A stretch of 30,886 bases of DNA from a virus (taxonomy: Duplodnaviria; Caudoviricetes), in IMG/VR virus record IMGVR_UViG_3300016643_000098, positions 1-30,886 of that record, one strand, 5' to 3'. Below, piece after piece: positions 26,289 through 30,886 of the stretch. The position numbers and the translations under genes were made by a program. Under the pieces are notes generated by a model. It did not search any database, was not told the origin of the DNA, and worked only from the letters and a program-made list of their open reading frames with translations. How positions within the stretch are numbered: position 1 is the stretch's first letter; each line of letters begins with the position of its first letter.

Positions 26289-26677
26289 TGCTGCAAAACC
26301 TGATTCCGGCACTGTTGCCTGTTCTCGGAAGAGTCGTCGGAAACCTATTTCCTGATCCAGCTGAAAAAGCCAAAGCCGAAGCCGAGATGTTGCGCCAGCT
26401 GCTGGCCGCACAATCTGAGCTTGAGCAAGCCGCATCAAGAATCATACAAACCGAGGCAGCGAGCCAGCATTGGTTAGCTGCCAACTGGCGACCGCTCACT
26501 ATGCTGACGTTTGTGGTGTTGATTGTGGCCAGGTGGTTTGGTTGGGCAGCGCCCAATTTGTCAGAAACCGAATACATCAAACTGTGGTCAATTGTTGAAT
26601 TTGGGCTTGGTGGATACGTTGTTGGCCGGTCAGTGGAAAAAATTGCGCCAAGCATTGCCCAGGCGATGAAACGATGA
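26288..26677 (+). CDS. Holin (3TM/GTA-type family)
   Basis: FPDPAEKAKA...WLAANWRP...GLGGYVVGRSVEK motif with hydrophobic segments. Confidence 0.85.
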   Translation: MLQNLIPALLPVLGRVVGNLFPDPAEKAKAEAEMLRQLLAAQSELEQAASRIIQTEAASQHWLAANWRPLTMLTFVVLIVARWFGWAAPNLSETEYIKLWSIVEFGLGGYVVGRSVEKIAPSIAQAMKR

Positions 26678-27126
26678 GCTTTCAACTATCCGCACGATCT
26701 TTAGCGACTTTGGATGGTGTGGATGACCGCTTGGTGCGTGTCGTCTTGCAAGCTATTAAAGAAACCAAAGTAGACTTTGGCGTGATTGAAGGATTGCGAA
26801 CCATGGAGCGGCAGCGCGAGCTGGTCGCAGCGGGCGCGAGCCATACGATGACAAGCAAACACCTCGAAGGCAAGGCAGTTGATCTAATGGCTTATATCGG
26901 GCCTAGAGCGTCTTGGGAGTTGAACCTATACGATGACATTGCCGAGGCCATGCGAGCGGCTGCAATCGCGCAAAACGTGCCTTTACGATGGGGTGCCGCG
27001 TGGACAGTTAAAGACATTGGCAAGTGGCAAGGCACGATGGAATCAGCTATGAATGCCTACATTGATGAACGACGCGCCGAAGGTCAAAGACCTTTTATCG
27101 ACGCGCCGCATTTCGAGTTACTTTAA
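26674..27126 (+). CDS. Endolysin, M15-family Zn peptidase
   Basis: EGLRT.ERQ, SKHLEGKAVD (SxHxxGxAxD) and DAPHFEL. Confidence 0.92.
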   Translation: MSFQLSARSLATLDGVDDRLVRVVLQAIKETKVDFGVIEGLRTMERQRELVAAGASHTMTSKHLEGKAVDLMAYIGPRASWELNLYDDIAEAMRAAAIAQNVPLRWGAAWTVKDIGKWQGTMESAMNAYIDERRAEGQRPFIDAPHFELL

Positions 27127-27321
27127 ACGATAGAACCATTTGTGGCCGCGGCGTTGACAGGTGATGTGGTACCCATGTTGCCGCAGTTCAGCCACGATAC
27201 TATTCACCGCGCAGACTTGCGCCTGGTTGATGATGTCAAGGGTTGTAAATTCGCCTCCGCGTTTGAGTAACTTATAAACGCGCTGGAGGCGGTCTGATTT
27301 GTCAAAATCAGCGGCATTCAT
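27118..27321 (-). CDS. Winged helix-turn-helix protein
   Basis: RVYKLLKRG...TTLDI...SIVAELRQHGYHI...YRL pattern. Confidence 0.7.
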   Translation of the reverse strand: MNAADFDKSDRLQRVYKLLKRGGEFTTLDIINQAQVCAVNSIVAELRQHGYHITCQRRGHKWFYRLK

Positions 27322-27323
27322 GA

Positions 27324-27548
27324 TTAGAACGGAATGTCATCTTCAGGAATATCACGAGGCTTTGGATCGTTGAGATAGGCCCAGCCATCCCAGCCGCCTT
27401 CACGCAACGGAATCACATCGAGTTTAAGCATTTCGCCGTTGCGCGTGTTGATGATCGAACCGATACGTTGGTAGCGGTTTTTCTGTTGACCGGCGGCGTT
27501 CATGTATTGCCCGACAACACAAGAAATTTCTTTGACAACTTTCGACAT
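27324..27548 (-). CDS. Small SSB-like protein with DDIPF tail
   Basis: Acidic C-terminus EDDIPF; lies after the ERF and exonuclease genes. Confidence 0.65.
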   Translation of the reverse strand: MSKVVKEISCVVGQYMNAAGQQKNRYQRIGSIINTRNGEMLKLDVIPLREGGWDGWAYLNDPKPRDIPEDDIPF

Positions 27549-27549
27549 G

Positions 27550-28176
27550 TCATGCTCCTATAATTTTGTTGAGTGCTGCAACTTTGGCATCGACATCAGC
27601 CAAAAATTTGATAACTTCATCTTCCGCAACTTTTAGCCACAGATCATCGCGTTTGACGCGGGCAATAAAGAGCTGTGCTTTAGCGGGCATGCGTGGATCA
27701 AAGACCACGTAATCGCACCAGGCGCGATCAGCGCAGCGCATTTGCCATTGCATTTGTGCAAAGTATTTACCCTCGATGGGGTTGTCAGATAGCCAGCATT
27801 CAAGAGCGGTTTTGCTGTCAGGGCATTTGATTTCAACCATGCCATCTTGACCCACAAGGCCATCAGGAGACGCGCCAGCCATTTCAATCGTGGGGTGCGG
27901 TACAAAACCTACTTCATCCACAAAAATGCCTGTATGGGCTTCGTATGCCGCCCGCGCAAAAGGTTCCTGGTCAAGACCCCATTGCATGGCAGCGTTGGTG
28001 TACGAATCAGCCTTCGTGACGGTGATGCGTTCGAGCACAAGCTGCGTCATGTAGTTTGCGCGATCAGCGCCATAGCCGGTCTTGGTTTTGGCCAACACTT
28101 TGTGCAAGCTGCTGGCCGTCACTTTGCCCAGGCGGGCGGCAAACCATTCGTCAGTGCGTTGTTCAATTTCGTTCAT
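27550..28176 (-). CDS. YqaJ/lambda-exonuclease family recombination nuclease
   Basis: QRTDEWFAARLGKVTAS, ASPDGLV, EIKCP and YFAQMQWQM. Start set at 28176 (ATGA overlap). Confidence 0.93.
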   Translation of the reverse strand: MNEIEQRTDEWFAARLGKVTASSLHKVLAKTKTGYGADRANYMTQLVLERITVTKADSYTNAAMQWGLDQEPFARAAYEAHTGIFVDEVGFVPHPTIEMAGASPDGLVGQDGMVEIKCPDSKTALECWLSDNPIEGKYFAQMQWQMRCADRAWCDYVVFDPRMPAKAQLFIARVKRDDLWLKVAEDEVIKFLADVDAKVAALNKIIGA

Positions 28177-28439
28177 TTTTTGCCTTTCAGTTGTTTGAAT
28201 TCGATGCCTTTCCATTGGCACACTTTTTCGGGCTTGAGCATCATCACAAAGCCTTCAATGTCGCCGTCACCGCCAATGCTTTGAACTTCATACCCAAAGT
28301 CACCGCATTGAACAATGATTGGCGCATCGGGATTTATTAAGTCGGGCTTTTCTTCATCGCTGGATTCTTGCCACCTTTGCATAATGTCCATCATGGTCGC
28401 AAGAACCTGGCGCATGGTTTGTGACTTAAATTCAAGCAT
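28173..28439 (-). CDS. Hypothetical acidic protein
   Basis: Start set at ATG 28439 (AAGGA upstream); fills the gap between erf and the exonuclease gene. Confidence 0.65.
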   Translation of the reverse strand: MLEFKSQTMRQVLATMMDIMQRWQESSDEEKPDLINPDAPIIVQCGDFGYEVQSIGGDGDIEGFVMMLKPEKVCQWKGIEFKQLKGKK

Positions 28440-29058
28440 TTGTTTTTTCCTTTTCTTTTTTAGCGCGTTCGATGCGAGATTTCTTAGCTGCAATGACTTT
28501 GATTTGCAGTTCAGGATTGCCGCCACAAGCGTCATAGGCCGCTTTATAAGCTGCAGTCATTTCATCCGAGTTGCTGCTGGCTTCGATGGCTGCAAGATGG
28601 CTAGAGATGTCGGCAGCCGGAGCTGTAGGCCGTTTGGTTGCGGCGTTGCCGTCATCGTCTTCTGGTGCGATACCGCAAGCCGCCATGAGACTGTAGCGGC
28701 GGGCATAAGTCAGTGCTGATCCGTAGCCTTGAGCGTCTTGTTTGCTGGCGGGCACGTGCAGTTGGCCGCAATTAAGCATTTCGCCCGATTCATGCAAAAA
28801 CACGGTTTCGACAATCACGCCATCGTCGCAGGGATTCACGCGTTGCATCAGCGCGATGCCATGGTTGTTCAGAGCATCAATCACCGCTTCGACGCAAGTA
28901 GATAGATCTGCGTATCGGCTGCGGAAATGCGGATTGGTGGATGACTTGAGCGCAGGGCCAAAAGCCTTTTGTGCTCGCACGAAAGCAAAAGCAATTTTAG
29001 ATTGCATGTCGTATTCCTCTTGCCGTTGGACGGTTTCGTAAAATTCTTGATGACTCAT
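28432..29058 (-). CDS. erf: ERF-family single-strand annealing protein
   Basis: NPHFRSRYADL, HESGE and QGYGSALTYARRYSL...EDDDGN motifs. Confidence 0.93.
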   Translation of the reverse strand: MSHQEFYETVQRQEEYDMQSKIAFAFVRAQKAFGPALKSSTNPHFRSRYADLSTCVEAVIDALNNHGIALMQRVNPCDDGVIVETVFLHESGEMLNCGQLHVPASKQDAQGYGSALTYARRYSLMAACGIAPEDDDGNAATKRPTAPAADISSHLAAIEASSNSDEMTAAYKAAYDACGGNPELQIKVIAAKKSRIERAKKEKEKTNA

Positions 29059-29231
29059 TGGCACACCTCGACTTGTAAGTTACGAAGCGCTAGCTTGAGC
29101 GTGAGTGCCGCACAAAAAGCATTAGCGCTAAGTTTTCCCACCAATTCGGGATTACGAAATTGTTCCATGTCATACGATGTGATTCGGTCGAGCACGGAAA
29201 TCACTTCCACAATGTCTTTAGCTGTCAGCAT
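29055..29231 (-). CDS. Hypothetical protein (MLTAKDIVEV...)
   Basis: GGAG RBS before ATG 29231; ATGA overlap with erf. Confidence 0.65.
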   Translation of the reverse strand: MLTAKDIVEVISVLDRITSYDMEQFRNPELVGKLSANAFCAALTLKLALRNLQVEVCQ

Positions 29232-29409
29232 GATGTCTCCAGGTACGAAAGGTTTTGTGTTTGGCCATGGTGTCGGCGCATTCAGTGGACGGTGGAACCC
29301 ATCCATACTTGCGCCACACCAATTCGACGGGAATGCACCAGTTTTCAGGTTTATGCTGCTGGTTAAACAGCACAAGCCATTTTGGGATGTCTTGCAAAAT
29401 TTCGTCCAT
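29218..29409 (-). CDS. Hypothetical protein
   Basis: GAGG RBS; WRKYGWVPPS motif. Confidence 0.65.
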   Translation of the reverse strand: MDEILQDIPKWLVLFNQQHKPENWCIPVELVWRKYGWVPPSTECADTMAKHKTFRTWRHHADS

Positions 29410-29417
29410 TCGTTACC

Positions 29418-29501
29418 TCACAGATTGAAAAAAACAGCGCAGCCGAGGGCCACGCCGAACACAAGGGCAATCAACCAATCGATCAGCGTTTTAGAAATCA
29501 T
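29418..29501 (-). CDS. 27-aa single-TM peptide
   Basis: GAGG RBS; MISKTLIDWLIALVFGVALGCAVFFNL*; fills the gap between neighbours. Confidence 0.55.
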   Translation of the reverse strand: MISKTLIDWLIALVFGVALGCAVFFNL

Positions 29502-29691
29502 TCCAAGCCTCAACAGACAAAACATGCGCGGAGGGAAGCTCGCCAGTGACACTTTTGACACATCGCGCCCAGCTATTGCACAGATCCTGTGCCTGTGCTT
29601 TTGCATCTTCAAGCGAGGCAGCGCGGAATTGTTGGTAGGCTTGTTTGCCACCAACAGCCAATTTGGCTTCGTAATACTTAAATAGCATCAT
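29491..29691 (-). CDS. Hypothetical early protein
   Basis: GGAG RBS before ATG 29691/29688. Confidence 0.65.
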   Translation of the reverse strand: MMLFKYYEAKLAVGGKQAYQQFRAASLEDAKAQAQDLCNSWARCVKSVTGELPSAHVLSVEAWNDF

Positions 29692-29697
29692 ATTCTC

Positions 29698-29719
29698 CAA
29701 AAGAAGGGCCGAAGCCCTT
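29698..29719 (-). terminator. UUCG hairpin / possible terminator after the LPD29 gene
   Basis: Minus strand AAGGGC-TTCG-GCCCTT followed by CTTTT. Confidence 0.55.
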
Positions 29720-29724
29720 GGTTA

Positions 29725-30303
29725 TTACGCAGCAACTTTGCCTACGCTGTTGTATCCGTAACCGTCATCGCCAAGAAACGTGACGCGGTTGAACGTTTTG
29801 CTTTCGGCGGCATCAACTTCGCTGTAAGCAAAACACGCATCGTTCATCATGTTGCCGATGTACCGGTTGTCGAAGCCACGTTTTTGCGCGTCAGCGCTGA
29901 TGTTGATGGTGCTGACGTAAGCGCCGAATTTGTCATCGTTGATTTTGATGGCATCGCCAAGATCGTATTTGTCGCAAACAGATCCGGCGATAACAACCAA
30001 AGCAAAGTAGGAAAGTGTCCGGTTAACGAAAATGTAGTCAGCGCCGAAAGACACGGGCTGGCCGTCAAGGGCGCTGTAATTCGTGCCTTTGTAGTCGGTC
30101 ATGCCGCAGAAGTAAGAACCTTCGAACACGCCGACGATGGCTTTGACTTGCGCGGAAGACGGGCCATCGATGTAGGACACGTTGATGCTAGCGCCACCAG
30201 CGTAAACGCTGGATTTGACGCTGAACTTGACACCAGGGAATGCTTCTTTGAGTGCAGCGCGAACAAGTTTGGCGGTGTCGGCGCAACTGAGATACTGTTT
30301 CAT
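29725..30303 (-). CDS. LPD29 (large polyvalent protein-associated domain 29) protein
   Basis: AKLVRAALKEAFPGVKFSVKS...GASINVSYIDGP...F.GMTDY...FGADYIFVNR; AAGGA RBS. Confidence 0.8.
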   Translation of the reverse strand: MKQYLSCADTAKLVRAALKEAFPGVKFSVKSSVYAGGASINVSYIDGPSSAQVKAIVGVFEGSYFCGMTDYKGTNYSALDGQPVSFGADYIFVNRTLSYFALVVIAGSVCDKYDLGDAIKINDDKFGAYVSTINISADAQKRGFDNRYIGNMMNDACFAYSEVDAAESKTFNRVTFLGDDGYGYNSVGKVAA

Positions 30304-30358
30304 GTCTATTTCCTTTCTTAAAAGACCCCGAAGGGCGTTGTCATCTACTACAGTTCCA

Positions 30359-30387
30359 AGGTTAAGCTAGCTTGTACATCATGTCAA
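30359..30387 (-). promoter_or_regulatory. Leftward early promoter
   Basis: Minus strand TTGACA (30387-30382), 17 bp, TAACCT (30364-30359). Confidence 0.7.
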
Positions 30388-30440
30388 GCGGGCTTACAAT
30401 AAAAACCCAACATGTTGCAGAAATGCGAAAGGTGGCTTAC
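30364..30440. promoter_or_regulatory. Three operator-like AAG-N4-CTT palindromes
   Basis: AAGCTAGCTT (30364-30373), AAGCGGGCTTAC (30386-30397) and AAGGTGGCTTAC (30429-30440) overlap both promoters. Confidence 0.6.
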
Positions 30441-30443
30441 CAT
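30415..30443 (+). promoter_or_regulatory. Rightward promoter, probably giving a leaderless cro mRNA
   Basis: TTGCAG (30415-30420), 17 bp, TACCAT (30438-30443). The ATG is 7 nt downstream with no SD sequence. Confidence 0.65.
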
Positions 30444-30449
30444 TGAAAC

Positions 30450-30608
30450 ATGGACAAACAAACTGCAATTCAGAAAGCGGGATCGGCCATGGCGCTGGCG
30501 AAGTTGTTGGGCATCAAGCGCCAGGCGATCAGTCAATGGGGTGAAGCGCTGCCGCCAGCTAGGGTGTGGCAGCTGAAGGCGTTGAAGCCCGAATGGTTTA
30601 AGAATTAA
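30450..30608 (+). CDS. cro: Cro-like HTH regulator, 52 aa (not in ORF track)
   Basis: MDKQTAIQKAGSAMALAKLLGIKRQAISQWGEALPPARVWQLKALKPEWFKN*. Confidence 0.88.
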   Translation: MDKQTAIQKAGSAMALAKLLGIKRQAISQWGEALPPARVWQLKALKPEWFKN

Positions 30609-30690
30609 GGAAACACGGCTAGGTTGGAAGTCATGAGCCAACTGAAAGGCGTACCGCCCGCTTGCCGTGTTTTCTTTCCTCAGGCGGTGG
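30607..30690 (+). ncRNA. Putative structured cis-regulatory RNA upstream of the initiator gene
   Basis: Long closing stem 30607-30619/30664-30676 enclosing two hairpins. Confidence 0.55.
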
Positions 30691-30886
30691 AAAGGCGCGT
30701 TAATGCATTACTACCAGCATCACATCGGTGACTTTATAAAGGCTACGGCTAGGCTATCAGATAGCCAAACGATGGCCTATTTACGATTGTTGTGGATGTA
30801 TTACGACAGCGAAAAACCGCTACCAAACAACACAAAAGTGCTTGCATTTCAAGTTGGCGCAAGCGTGGAAGATGTGGATTTGCTGT
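30676..30886. repeat. Terminal direct repeat, right copy (repeats the start of the initiator gene, ATG 30703)
   Basis: Identical to 1-211. Confidence 0.97.

Noticed and set aside
29418-29501. Lipoprotein or spanin (ALGC)
   Set aside because: Poor lipobox, only six residues follow the Cys, and the gene sits in the early arm.
28969-29685. 238-aa plus-strand ORF
   Set aside because: Antisense to a run of coupled minus-strand ORFs that have their own RBSs; no motifs.
30384-30641. 85-aa minus-strand ORF as a possible CI repressor
   Set aside because: It is antisense to the clear Cro-like gene, runs through the promoters and has no HTH or S24 features.
30620-30665. Hammerhead ribozyme in the cro-initiator leader (three stems, ATGAG and GAAA)
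   Set aside because: The CUGANGA core is absent, ATGAG lies in a hairpin loop, and no UH cleavage site follows the third stem.

Overview
This window is one complete, circularly assembled tailed-phage genome. Positions 1-211 recur exactly at 30676-30886, so the unit length is 30,675 bp. The structural genes are P22-like (podovirus type) and the layout is lambdoid. A divergent control region (about 30300-30700) drives two arms. The short leftward early arm carries LPD29, an ERF annealase, a YqaJ exonuclease, a mini-SSB and a winged HTH protein. The long rightward arm runs: Cro-like regulator, structured leader, YdaU/DUF1376 initiator with an internal iteron origin, nin-like ORFs, an accessory block (3080-7278), TerS/TerL, portal, scaffold, coat, fibre/tailspike genes, gp4/gp10-like tail proteins, three ejection proteins and a holin-holin-M15 endolysin cassette. 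I see no integrase, CI repressor, DNA polymerase, tRNA, CRISPR array or spanin. The most unusual items are: a zeta-toxin-like P-loop kinase whose motifs appear in swapped order; a twice-repeated three-gene cassette before the terminase; short modules reused among virion proteins that suggest a plug-and-socket fibre system; and a multi-stem RNA leader in front of the initiator gene. All family calls come from motif recognition by eye and no database search was run. A Gram-negative (probably betaproteobacterial) host is only an inference.
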